DNA of 64,000 nt from Brevinematales bacterium. GTDB taxonomy: Bacteria > Spirochaetota > Brevinematia > Brevinematales > JAOACQ01. Position numbers and translations under genes: made by a program. The stretch spans positions 1,944 through 65,943 of the forward strand of contig JBBFLL010000008.1 in NCBI GenBank assembly GCA_037479045.1, written 5' to 3'. The notes under the pieces were generated by a model, which worked only from the letters and a program-made list of their open reading frames with translations, was not told the DNA's origin and did no database searches. This document shows, piece by piece, positions 39,754 to 49,197 of the stretch (its first letter is position 1; each line of letters begins with the position of its first letter).

Positions 39754-42568
39754 CTTTACCTCCTGCTATAAATGAAATGATTTTAAGTATGTCTGTGGAA
39801 AATATCCATTTATTTTTTTTGTCTTTTTTACATATAAGGCTTGCAATATTATCATATATTCCTTCATTGTCAACCTTACTATCATATACCTCCTCATTGC
39901 CAACCTTACTTGTTTTTGACTTTTTCAACAAACTTTTAATAAAATCTTTCAATTTTTCTTTGTAGTTTTTATCATCATTTTCAAGAATAGCTAGTACTCC
40001 CTCTTTATAGAAATCAAGATTGTAAATAAATGAGTTTGAAATTAAACCTTTTTGGGCTGTCAATTTTTCAATTGCGTCGATTACTTCATTGTCATTCCAT
40101 TTAAACCAGAATCTTCTATATTCTCCATTTCTTTTGTAAAGTTCAATGGCACAGGTATTTCTACCAGCTTCATCTTTTGCCACATCATCAAGAAGTTCAC
40201 GGGCTCTTCTTAACATAGCAGTCAAAGGCTCTTTGTAATGGCATATAAGTATAGAGGCTGAAATAGTAATATCCTCTGCACTTCCCATACCTATGGATAG
40301 CTTGCCGGGTTTAATTTCAAAATTGCTTTCTGTATTTAAGTATTTTACTTCATATCCATCATCAATTTTTGAAATAAGCCTGAAAGATCTTTTATAAGCC
40401 TCTGAAAGTTCTTTTGCGGCATTTATAGCCTCTGCTATTGGCAACACAGCACACACGTCATCACCACCTGCATAGATAAGTCTTCCTTCATACTTTTTTA
40501 TTATTTGTGGAACTTCATAGATTGCAAAATCAGCAAGTGCTTCAGAAATGGCAGAGTGAATAGCTGGTGTAATAAGCCTTGGCTTATCATATAGAATTTT
40601 CCAATTTTTTCTGTATTTCTCTTCAAAATTTTCTTGAATCATCCTATCTTTAATTTCTGGATGGATTACATCTTCCCAACTAGCTTCTATAGTTTCTCCC
40701 ATTATGAGCTTGCCCATCTTATCTCCATCCATCATAAGAATAGCATAGTATTTGTCTTGAATTTTTAAATCTGGTAAAGTTTCCCCATCCTCTGAATCAA
40801 ATAGAACTTGGGATTTTCTTTCTTTTTCTTCTTCATTAGTAATTTTTTTCCTCTCGAAATATTCATATAAAGCTATATAACTTGTTGAAGGAAAGTATTT
40901 TTTTGTAATTTCTTTGTTTTCATTAAGTTGGGTAAATGTTGAATAAAGTATATGTCTATCTTTTTCTTCTTTTTTTGATTCTGACCAAATCAATGCATCA
41001 GAAAGTAATCTTTTTGTAAGACATACTGAACAAAGTCTTTCGTTTTCTTTTAATTCTCCGCTTTCTTTTTTTTCGTCTGACTGAAAACCTAAGGTTTCTC
41101 TTAAAGTTTTCCAGAAATTATCCATATTTGTTTTATATTCATTTGCTGACTCATTTCCTGTGTATGGTTTATCTGTCAAAGCCTCAAGTTCTCCACAGAG
41201 AGTGCATTTCTTGCCTTGCTGTTCAGTTCGTATGTTTCTATAGGACATCTTTAATGCTGAAAGTGCCCCCTGTATGAGACCGTTTGAAAGAGGATAATAT
41301 TTGCCTACGTGGTTAGAGTCGCAATTGGGAGAGGAATATATTTTATGGAATATATCTACCTGCTCTTTTACTTTATTTATTAAGTTTTCTGAAAGTAAAT
41401 CTTTTGATTCGTCTAAATTTTGTGAAGTAACAAGGGGGGTCACAGCCCAATGAATATCCCAGTAATTTTCATTTTGTTCATCAAAAAGTGTTTTTATATT
41501 ATTCTGATCTTTGCTTGATTCTAACTTTTTTAACTTTTCTTTTATGTAGTCATAGACCATTAGTGTTATTTTTTTCCATTCAGTCTTTATATGAGTAGTG
41601 ATACCTTCTCCAATATCTTTACTATAATTCATTGGCACAAGGAACATAAATTTATTTGGGAATGTAGCTATATCAGTTTCTTTGTGAAGAGAAGGATAAT
41701 ACTTTTCTTCCATTTTCCAGTTTTTTCTTAAGTACTCAATCACAAGAGGCTGATCAACTATCGAAGGAAAGAGAATATGATCTGGACCGAGGTTTTCTAT
41801 AATCCATCTAATGCCTTCAAAAGTAAGCCAGGATAATAGTATCGATCCCGTCCAGAAGTCTCGTAATTTTCTTGCTTTTGTTATGAATGACTGGACAGGT
41901 GAGATGGAAAAAATCATTATACCTACATTGGTGATATTTTCTGTTATTTCAGGATTTGAATCTGGATTCATACACGAATAAATAGCTGAAGCAAGTGCAT
42001 TATGATGCCAAATAGAATGATCTGGTATTCTTGAATCTGCTGGTATTCTATGCCATAAAGCTCCAAGACCTGCCACATTGTCGTCACTAGCAAGTTTAAA
42101 TCTTAATGCAAGATGTGTGTAAAGAAAGCGGGCAATGGCAGATTTGTCTGAATTATTTGTAAAGTTATCTGAATATCTTATATTTTCAGAACTAATTCCG
42201 ATTACGTCCTTTATTAAATCTATAACTTCATTGTTATTGCCGCTACTTGGATTAATATTTGTTAAATTTAATTTTTCGCCACTTAATGGATGAGTTAAGA
42301 TAGGGCTACTTTTAAAATCAACAGCCCCATTTTGATTGGGATCTTTATTATAGGATGGGAAATCTCCCCTTTCAAAGCCAGAAGCTATTCTATCTGGTTT
42401 TTCTACTATGATATCGAAATTATCCGGTATCTGAAGTCCAAAGACCTCAAGAATTTTTTTAGCTCTTTCTTTATGACCTTGAATATCTAAAAGTTTGTCA
42501 GGTGGGTCGTGGAGATAGGCAAGAAGTTTGTTGTTCCAGTAGGTTTGATCTCGTTTTGTGAATGGCAT
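39731..42568 (-). CDS. cas10: Cas10/Cmr2, type III signature protein
   Basis: N-terminal HD region (AYLHDPPDK), Zn-ribbon cysteines (CTLCG...CSVC), cyclase palm with IYAGGDDV. Start set to MPFTKRDQ (ATG 42568 after GGAGGA). Confidence 0.92.
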   Translation of the reverse strand: MPFTKRDQTYWNNKLLAYLHDPPDKLLDIQGHKERAKKILEVFGLQIPDNFDIIVEKPDRIASGFERGDFPSYNKDPNQNGAVDFKSSPILTHPLSGEKLNLTNINPSSGNNNEVIDLIKDVIGISSENIRYSDNFTNNSDKSAIARFLYTHLALRFKLASDDNVAGLGALWHRIPADSRIPDHSIWHHNALASAIYSCMNPDSNPEITENITNVGIMIFSISPVQSFITKARKLRDFWTGSILLSWLTFEGIRWIIENLGPDHILFPSIVDQPLVIEYLRKNWKMEEKYYPSLHKETDIATFPNKFMFLVPMNYSKDIGEGITTHIKTEWKKITLMVYDYIKEKLKKLESSKDQNNIKTLFDEQNENYWDIHWAVTPLVTSQNLDESKDLLSENLINKVKEQVDIFHKIYSSPNCDSNHVGKYYPLSNGLIQGALSALKMSYRNIRTEQQGKKCTLCGELEALTDKPYTGNESANEYKTNMDNFWKTLRETLGFQSDEKKESGELKENERLCSVCLTKRLLSDALIWSESKKEEKDRHILYSTFTQLNENKEITKKYFPSTSYIALYEYFERKKITNEEEKERKSQVLFDSEDGETLPDLKIQDKYYAILMMDGDKMGKLIMGETIEASWEDVIHPEIKDRMIQENFEEKYRKNWKILYDKPRLITPAIHSAISEALADFAIYEVPQIIKKYEGRLIYAGGDDVCAVLPIAEAINAAKELSEAYKRSFRLISKIDDGYEVKYLNTESNFEIKPGKLSIGMGSAEDITISASILICHYKEPLTAMLRRARELLDDVAKDEAGRNTCAIELYKRNGEYRRFWFKWNDNEVIDAIEKLTAQKGLISNSFIYNLDFYKEGVLAILENDDKNYKEKLKDFIKSLLKKSKTSKVGNEEVYDSKVDNEGIYDNIASLICKKDKKNKWIFSTDILKIISFIAGGKDERNLLV

Positions 42569-42596
42569 TGTTATCCTCCATTGGATTTTTTGTTTT

Positions 42597-42648
42597 AATT
42601 TTCTGGTGGTAGCCACGTGATTAATCACGTGGCTACCACCAGAAAATT
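42597..42648. repeat. 52-nt perfect palindrome in the cmr1-cas10 intergenic spacer
   Basis: AATTTTCTGGTGGTAGCCACGTGATT|AATCACGTGGCTACCACCAGAAAATT. Same architecture as the palindrome at 35238-35287. Confidence 0.9.
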
Positions 42649-42653
42649 TATAA

Positions 42654-43648
42654 TTAGGGGCAAAGATAATTTATAAAATCTGCTGTTTTGTCATTACTTA
42701 AATTAATATCCGTCACATTCGGGTCGAAAGCAACATTTAGTTGAGTTATTATTGGAAAATATACCCCATTATACTTATAGCATGAAATATAAAGTGTCAT
42801 AACACTGTCTCGAAGAGTTGTAGCATACTTTCATTATCCTTATAGCATGAAATATAAAGTGGGGAAGCAAATCTTTTGGTTACTTGTTGTGGATTATTTT
42901 GCACACTTCTTCTACCGGCATATCCTGTGTAGTCACAGTTATAGTTGTGGGAAGCAGTACCTATTTCTTTTAATAGAGTATTATAATCATCAAATTTCTT
43001 TCCAACTTTAATAAATTTTACATAAGGAAAATTTAAAGTTAAATTATTATTAGTTAATTCAATTTGATCATTATTAACTTTAAATTTTTGTGGATTTATT
43101 TTGTCTAAATAATCAAAAACATTTGATATAATACCATTATTGATCCCAAAATTTTCATTATTTTTTTTGTTTATTACAAAAGAACCAAAGCCTCTTCTTG
43201 CTCTTCTACCAAGTCCTCCAACAATCGAGAAAAGTATAAATAGGTTTTCAAAAATATCTTTTGTGTTTTCATAACATGTCAATGAGATTTTGAAAATATT
43301 ATTGTCGGGTAAAAAACAGGGTAAGCTAAAATTTGGTTTTTCTTTGTGTGGAAGAGGTTTGTAATTATTATTTTTATTAAATTGTGGATTTTGTAAAATC
43401 TGTATTTTTAACTTGCTCTTTTTATCTGTTGAACCGAAAAGGTCTAATTCTGCTTCTTTAAGTTTTCCAATATCGCTATAATTTATTCCATACAAAGCCC
43501 TCCACCAGAATCTGAGTGCTCCCTTTATAGAAGCTGGTCTTAACTCACATTCACTTTGATTTGCTCCAGATAGGAACATAGGTGTTATGATTTCGCATTC
43601 AAACTCAAGCTTTTCCACGTTCTTGTATCTCTCAACATAAAATTCCAT
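42654..43648 (-). pseudogene. cmr1: type III-B RAMP protein Cmr1, interrupted by a 65-nt insertion (frameshift)
   Basis: ASIKGALRFWWRA motif. The listed ORF stops at 42797 inside the insert. The expected C-terminus (LYISCYKYNGVYFPIITQLNVAFDPNV...LCP*) continues in another frame down to 42654. Confidence 0.7.
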
Positions 43649-43666
43649 AAAGCCTCCTTCAAAAGT

Positions 43667-44569
43667 TTATTTTTCAATCAACATAACTTTTCCCAGCCCA
43701 AAAGCCACATTTTTGCCAACGTTGAAAACCTCTGCCCCTTTGAGTAAGGAAATATCAAAGGGTGTAAACTTTCCTTCAAGTATAAAAGAACCGACTACTC
43801 CACCGAGTTTTAATAAATCTTTCTGTCTTGCTGAATAGTGTTTTAAATCCTTCCAAAAGAGATTTTTCTCTTTTATGGAAATAGTTTTATTTTCTTTCCA
43901 CTCTGGAAAATTCCCTTCACCATAAAGAGAATTAAGTACAAAGAGTCTTCTATAGATTGACTCAAAAAAGTCATTTGCTTCAAAATCAGAGAGGTACTTT
44001 CCGTCTTTTTTGAAACGAAATGGGGTTTTGAGTTCTACTTTAATGCTTTTTTCTTCAAAAGTTTCTGTATCAGATAAGAGTTCAAATTTCTTAAATTCCT
44101 CTGGCATTTTTACGTTATCTTTGTCTTCAATGATAGATTTGCCATCTACGCTGACATCGTTAACTTCAAATTTGATTCTCTCTTTCTGGATCCCGTATTT
44201 TCCAGCCTTAACAAGTGCATAGTAGAAATAAGGAAAATAACTTATAGCTTTTCCAATTATGGTAACATATAAGTTTATTTTTTCAGTTTTAACATTTTCA
44301 TCTGCCTCGGAATAAAGCACGAAGGGGTGAGGGGATTTTTCATTTTTTGGTAGAACAGAATTATCTTTATCAATAATCGTTTCAAAAATCATTGCATAGG
44401 CACACTCTCGATTTATAGAGCAATCAATACATTTTCTTTTTTTGAAAAGGCAGACAGTATTGTGAAGTTGCATGCCAATGACACTGCGGAAAAGGAAGAG
44501 GGGATGAATCTTGAAAGATAGCTTAGTTTCAAAGTTTATGGCTATTGAAAATAATGAAAACGTTAGCAT
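43667..44569 (-). CDS. cas6: Cas6-family CRISPR endoribonuclease
   Basis: First gene of the Cmr operon. C-terminal glycine-rich loop GKNVAFGLGKV. Four-Cys cluster C-x6-C-x2-C-x5-C near the N-terminus. Confidence 0.75.
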   Translation of the reverse strand: MLTFSLFSIAINFETKLSFKIHPLFLFRSVIGMQLHNTVCLFKKRKCIDCSINRECAYAMIFETIIDKDNSVLPKNEKSPHPFVLYSEADENVKTEKINLYVTIIGKAISYFPYFYYALVKAGKYGIQKERIKFEVNDVSVDGKSIIEDKDNVKMPEEFKKFELLSDTETFEEKSIKVELKTPFRFKKDGKYLSDFEANDFFESIYRRLFVLNSLYGEGNFPEWKENKTISIKEKNLFWKDLKHYSARQKDLLKLGGVVGSFILEGKFTPFDISLLKGAEVFNVGKNVAFGLGKVMLIEK

Positions 44570-44792
44570 ATTTCTCTCTAATTATATTACAAAAATAAAA
44601 TATAAAATTTTGAAATTAATTATTAAAATTCTTATTAGAACATTTTTAATTTGTTTTTGGAGTTTAATAAGCAGAGAAAATATTTTAAAAGTTGGTTTTA
44701 ATTTACATAAGAATTTAAAAAAAATCAAATTTTTTGATTTTTTTTTATTTAAAAGGGGAAATAAATGGATAGCTGTAAATCAAGTCGCTAAC

Positions 44793-44821
44793 TTGACAGC
44801 CTTTTATTTTCACTTTAAAAT
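44793..44821 (+). promoter_or_regulatory. sigma70-type promoter for valS
   Basis: TTGACA (44793-44798), 17 nt, TAAAAT (44816-44821), about 33 nt before the valS ATG. Confidence 0.55.
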
Positions 44822-44853
44822 GTTTATTCTCTAAAAATAAACAGGGTATAAAA

Positions 44854-47493
44854 ATGAATATGGAATTAGGGTCTTACAATCATCTTGATTTTGAGGATGA
44901 GATATACAAATACTGGCTTGAAAGGGGTTATTTCAAAAGTAGTGTAAATAACTCAAAAAAGCCATACACAATAGTTATGCCTCCTCCCAATGTTACGGGA
45001 GTTTTACATATGGGGCATGTGCTTAACAATTCTATTCAGGATGTTTTGATAAGATACTATAGAATGAACGGTTATGAAGCATGCTGGATACCGGGGACAG
45101 ACCATGCATCTATTGCCACCGAAGCAAAAGTTACAAAGTATTTGCAGGATAAAGGCATAGATAAATTCAAAATTGGTAGAGAGAAGTTTCTTGAGTATGC
45201 ATGGGAGTGGAAGGAAAAATACGGTGGAATCATCATAAGTCAGCTTAAGAAGCTTGGGTGTAGTTGCGATTGGTCGAGAGAAAGATTTACAATGGATGAA
45301 GGTTATTATAAAGCTGTGATATATGCTTTTGTTGAGCTTTTTAAGAAAGGTTATATATATAGAGGGTATAGACTTGTTAACTGGTGTCCTGTTTCAAGAT
45401 CTGCTATTTCTGATGAAGAAGTTTATTATAAAGAAGTAGAAGGAAAGTTATACTATTTCCTTTACCCAATCAAAGGAACAAAAGAATTTCTTGAGATAGC
45501 TACAACAAGACCTGAGACAATGCTTGGAGATACAGCTGTAGCAGTAAATCCTAAGGATACAAGATATAAAAAGTATATTGGTAAAACTGTAGTCCTTCCA
45601 ATAGTTGAAAGAGAAATCCCAATAATTGCAGATGAGTATGTTGATATGGAGTTTGGAACTGGTGTGGTAAAGATAACACCAGCTCACGATCCAAATGACT
45701 ATGAAATAGGTTTAAAACACAATCTTGAATTTATAAACATTTTGAATCCAGATGCAACATTAAATAATAATGTTCCAGAAGATTTCAGAGGGCTTGATAG
45801 ATATGAAGCAAGAGAAGCTGTAGTTGAAAGAATGAAGGAGCTTAAATACCTTACAAAGATAGAAAATCATACTCATAAAGTTGGCTATAGTGAGAGAGGA
45901 CATGTCCCTATAGAGCCATATTTGTCTGAACAGTGGTTTTTAAAAATGGAAGAACTTGTCAAGCCAGCAATAGAGGTTGTTAAATCAGGTAAAATTCAAT
46001 TTTTCCCCGAAAGATGGACAAAAACTTATTTTCACTGGCTTGAAAATATTAAAGATTGGTGTATTTCAAGACAGCTCTGGTGGGGGCACAGAATTCCTGT
46101 TTATTATTGTGAAGACTGTGGATTTTATTATGCTTACACTGAAGCACCTTTGAAATGTGAAAAATGTGGAAGTAAGAAAATAAAGCAGGATCCTGATGTT
46201 CTCGATACTTGGGCATCTTCTTGGTTATGGCCTTTTGCTGTTCATAAGTGGCCTGAAATAGAAGAAAATCTTAAATACTATTATCCTACTGATACGCTTG
46301 TTACGGCTCCAGAAATAATATTTTTCTGGGTAGCCAGAATGATCATTGCAGGTATGGAATTTATTGGTGAGATACCTTTTAAGAAGGTATACTTTACGGG
46401 GACTGTTCGTGATGAAATAGGTAGAAAAATGTCAAAGTCTCTTGGAAATTCTCCTGATCCACTTGATGTAATAAAGGAATATGGTGCAGATGCTTTAAGA
46501 TTTACGATACTGAGACTTGCTCCACTGGGCAATGATATTTTCTATGACAATCAAAAGTGTGAAATAGGTAGAAATTTTGCCAATAAAGTCTGGAATGCTT
46601 CAAAATTCATTCTTCAAAATATAAAAAATATAAAATTAAAGGAAATAAAGGAAGTTAAACTTGATATTTTTGATAAATGGATCTTGTCAAAATATAGCAA
46701 ATCTCTTAAGAAATTAAGGGAAGAGATAGAATCTTTTTATTTTAATGATGCGGCTGTTACATTATATGATTTTATATGGAGTGAGTTTTGTGATTGGTAT
46801 ATTGAATCGAGTAAGATTGCTTTATATTCTGATAACAATCAGGATAAAGAAAACAAGGCTTCAGTTCTTTACTTTCTTCTTGTAAATATTTTAAAAATGC
46901 TACATCCTTATATGCCATTTATCACAGAAAGGATCTATAGAATTCTTCCAGTAAAGGAAACAGAAAGCATAATGGTAAGTAATTTTCCTACTTACGATGA
47001 GAATCTTGTATTTGAAAATGAAGAAAAAACTGTAGAATTTCTCAAAGAAGTTATATATATTATTAGAAATTTAAGAGGAGAAAACAAGGCTCCGCCAGCT
47101 ACAGAATTAAATGTAAATATAAAACTTTCTAATAATAGGGAAGAAGATTTAATAAAGAACGAAATTTATCTTAAAAAACTTGCAAAAGTAAAGAATTTCA
47201 CTATAATAGATGAAGCATATAAAAAAGCTCCGATGGAAGTTGTGGGGCTGGGGAATGGCTTTGAGGTATATTTAATACTTGAAGGCCTTGTTGATGTTGA
47301 AAAAGAAAAAGAAAGAATCACAAAAGAAATTGAAAGACTTACGAAGCAGATAGAGGGGGTCAGTCAAAAGTTGAAAAATCCGTCTTTTCTTGAAAAAGCC
47401 CCCAAAGATGTTATAGAAAGAGAAGAAAAGAAGCTTGAAAACTGGCAAACAGAACTTGACAAATTAAAACAAAATCTTTTAAATTTAAGGTAG
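44854..47493 (+). CDS. valS: valyl-tRNA synthetase
   Basis: Class I HIGH (HMGHVLN) and KMSKS motifs, CP1 editing domain, C-terminal coiled coil. 879 aa. Confidence 0.97.
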   Translation: MNMELGSYNHLDFEDEIYKYWLERGYFKSSVNNSKKPYTIVMPPPNVTGVLHMGHVLNNSIQDVLIRYYRMNGYEACWIPGTDHASIATEAKVTKYLQDKGIDKFKIGREKFLEYAWEWKEKYGGIIISQLKKLGCSCDWSRERFTMDEGYYKAVIYAFVELFKKGYIYRGYRLVNWCPVSRSAISDEEVYYKEVEGKLYYFLYPIKGTKEFLEIATTRPETMLGDTAVAVNPKDTRYKKYIGKTVVLPIVEREIPIIADEYVDMEFGTGVVKITPAHDPNDYEIGLKHNLEFINILNPDATLNNNVPEDFRGLDRYEAREAVVERMKELKYLTKIENHTHKVGYSERGHVPIEPYLSEQWFLKMEELVKPAIEVVKSGKIQFFPERWTKTYFHWLENIKDWCISRQLWWGHRIPVYYCEDCGFYYAYTEAPLKCEKCGSKKIKQDPDVLDTWASSWLWPFAVHKWPEIEENLKYYYPTDTLVTAPEIIFFWVARMIIAGMEFIGEIPFKKVYFTGTVRDEIGRKMSKSLGNSPDPLDVIKEYGADALRFTILRLAPLGNDIFYDNQKCEIGRNFANKVWNASKFILQNIKNIKLKEIKEVKLDIFDKWILSKYSKSLKKLREEIESFYFNDAAVTLYDFIWSEFCDWYIESSKIALYSDNNQDKENKASVLYFLLVNILKMLHPYMPFITERIYRILPVKETESIMVSNFPTYDENLVFENEEKTVEFLKEVIYIIRNLRGENKAPPATELNVNIKLSNNREEDLIKNEIYLKKLAKVKNFTIIDEAYKKAPMEVVGLGNGFEVYLILEGLVDVEKEKERITKEIERLTKQIEGVSQKLKNPSFLEKAPKDVIEREEKKLENWQTELDKLKQNLLNLR

Positions 47494-47499
47494 GTAAAG

Positions 47500-48024
47500 A
47501 TGATTCTTGGTGATAGAGAGATTTTTGAAGCAATAAAGAGAAAAGAGATTATTATTGAACCATTTGATGAAAAGAGGCTTAACTCAAACTCCTACAACCT
47601 GAGATTATACAACAAGATGTTTCTTGTAGAAGATGAAGTTTTAGATATGAAGAAACCTTCAAAGGTAAAAGAGATAATAATTCCAGAAGAAGGTTATAGA
47701 CTTGAACCAGGCAATCTATATCTTGGGAGAACCCTTGAGTATACGAAGACAGAATGTTATGTGCCATTACTTGAAGGTAGGTCAAGTATAGGAAGGCTGG
47801 GTATTTTTATACATGCCACGGCTGGTTTTGGTGATGTTGGCTTCAGTGGTTACTGGACGCTTGAAATTTCAGTAGTTAAGCCAGTGATAATATATCCTGA
47901 GATAGAAATTTGCCAGATATATTATCATGAAGTCAAAGGTTGTGAGAAAAAATACTGTGGGAAGTATCAAAATAACAATGAGATTCAGGTATCGGGGATA
48001 TACAAGGAGTTAACAAACTGTTAA
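47500..48024 (+). CDS. dcd: dCTP deaminase
   Basis: 174 aa, GRSSIGRLG and the dUTPase-like beta-barrel pattern. Confidence 0.9.
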   Translation: MILGDREIFEAIKRKEIIIEPFDEKRLNSNSYNLRLYNKMFLVEDEVLDMKKPSKVKEIIIPEEGYRLEPGNLYLGRTLEYTKTECYVPLLEGRSSIGRLGIFIHATAGFGDVGFSGYWTLEISVVKPVIIYPEIEICQIYYHEVKGCEKKYCGKYQNNNEIQVSGIYKELTNC

Positions 48025-48048
48025 TTTTATCAGGAAAAATTATATATT

Positions 48049-49197
48049 ATGGATGAAAAACAGGAATTTAAACCAATCGACGTGAAATTCCTCAAAGAGG
48101 GAATGATCCTCTCCGGAATTCTATATAGTGAAGATGGCAGGCTACTCTGGCCTGCAAGGAAACCGTTAACCTTTACTTTTATATTTAATCTCAAAACAAA
48201 CAAGACTAAATTTGTATATTATTCGCCACCAAAGTTTAAAGAAAGTTCAGCTACTGTTGAGAATATGTTTTCAACTGAAACTTTGAGTTTTGCTGTTGAA
48301 GCCATAGAAGAAATAAGCCATGAGATTAAATTTGGTAAACTAAGTTCAATGAACATAGCGAAACTTTCTATAGAAAGATTTTTCCATGAGATGGAGAGTT
48401 TTCCTGATAGATTTTTGAATCTTATGGTGCTTAAGCATTATGACCAGTATACTTATTATCATTCTATCAACGTAGGCATCCTTTCAATGTATCTTACCCG
48501 AAAATTGGGTTATAATCATCTCTATACTCAGGATATGGGGATGGCAGGATTTTTGCATGATATTGGGAAGATTAAAATTCCTTCAAAAATTGTAAATAAG
48601 GATGGACCTTTAACTCTTGAAGAATTTCAGATTATGAAGAAACATCCTGTTTATGCTTATGAGATAATCAAAAATGACCCTTCAATAAGTTCGTTTGTTA
48701 AAAAAGCTGTGCTCTTTCATCATGAAAGATGGAATGGAACGGGATATCCATTAAAACTTAAAGAAGAGGCTATAGGTAATTTTGCGTCTATTGTTGCTGT
48801 CGCAGATGTTTATGATGCACTTACCACTTCAAGACCTTACAAAAAGGCTTTATCACTTAATGATACGCTTATCTATATTTTAAGAAAATCTGATATATAC
48901 TTTAATCCTTATGTTGCTAATAGATTTGTAAATGAAATGGCAAGGATGAACAAGATAGCCTCATTCTATCCTGTTGGAGCTTATGTTTTACTGAATACTG
49001 GAGAGACAGGATATATTACAAAAAAGGATAGTGAATACACATTGAGACCAGAGATGTTAATTCTTAAGAATTTTCAGGGCAAACCATTGCGAACCCCTAT
49101 ACAGGTGGATCTCAAGAAAGACGCCAGTAGATATATCAAAAAACTTATAGAAGAACCATCAGAGATAGAATTTTTATCAAAATTGTTTAAGTTTTAA
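48049..49197 (+). CDS. HD-GYP domain protein (probable cyclic-di-GMP phosphodiesterase)
   Basis: HSINV...FLHDIGK and HHERWNGTGYP motifs. Confidence 0.85.
   Translation: MDEKQEFKPIDVKFLKEGMILSGILYSEDGRLLWPARKPLTFTFIFNLKTNKTKFVYYSPPKFKESSATVENMFSTETLSFAVEAIEEISHEIKFGKLSSMNIAKLSIERFFHEMESFPDRFLNLMVLKHYDQYTYYHSINVGILSMYLTRKLGYNHLYTQDMGMAGFLHDIGKIKIPSKIVNKDGPLTLEEFQIMKKHPVYAYEIIKNDPSISSFVKKAVLFHHERWNGTGYPLKLKEEAIGNFASIVAVADVYDALTTSRPYKKALSLNDTLIYILRKSDIYFNPYVANRFVNEMARMNKIASFYPVGAYVLLNTGETGYITKKDSEYTLRPEMLILKNFQGKPLRTPIQVDLKKDASRYIKKLIEEPSEIEFLSKLFKF

Noticed and set aside
42569-42628. A 20-aa N-terminal extension of the Cas10 ORF (MINHVATTRKLKQKIQWRIT).
   Set aside because: It is the translation of the 52-nt palindrome. 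A strong GGAGGA RBS precedes the internal ATG at 42568, and the HD region follows it at the usual distance.
44570-44853. A possible T-box leader or other riboswitch upstream of valS, and the A/T-only hairpin AAAAAAAATCAAA-TTT-TTTGATTTTTTTT at about 44716-44750.
   Set aside because: The consensus promoter sits only about 33 nt from the valS ATG, leaving no room for a T-box. The hairpin is pure A/T and is probably just AT-rich spacer between the divergent cas6 and valS genes.
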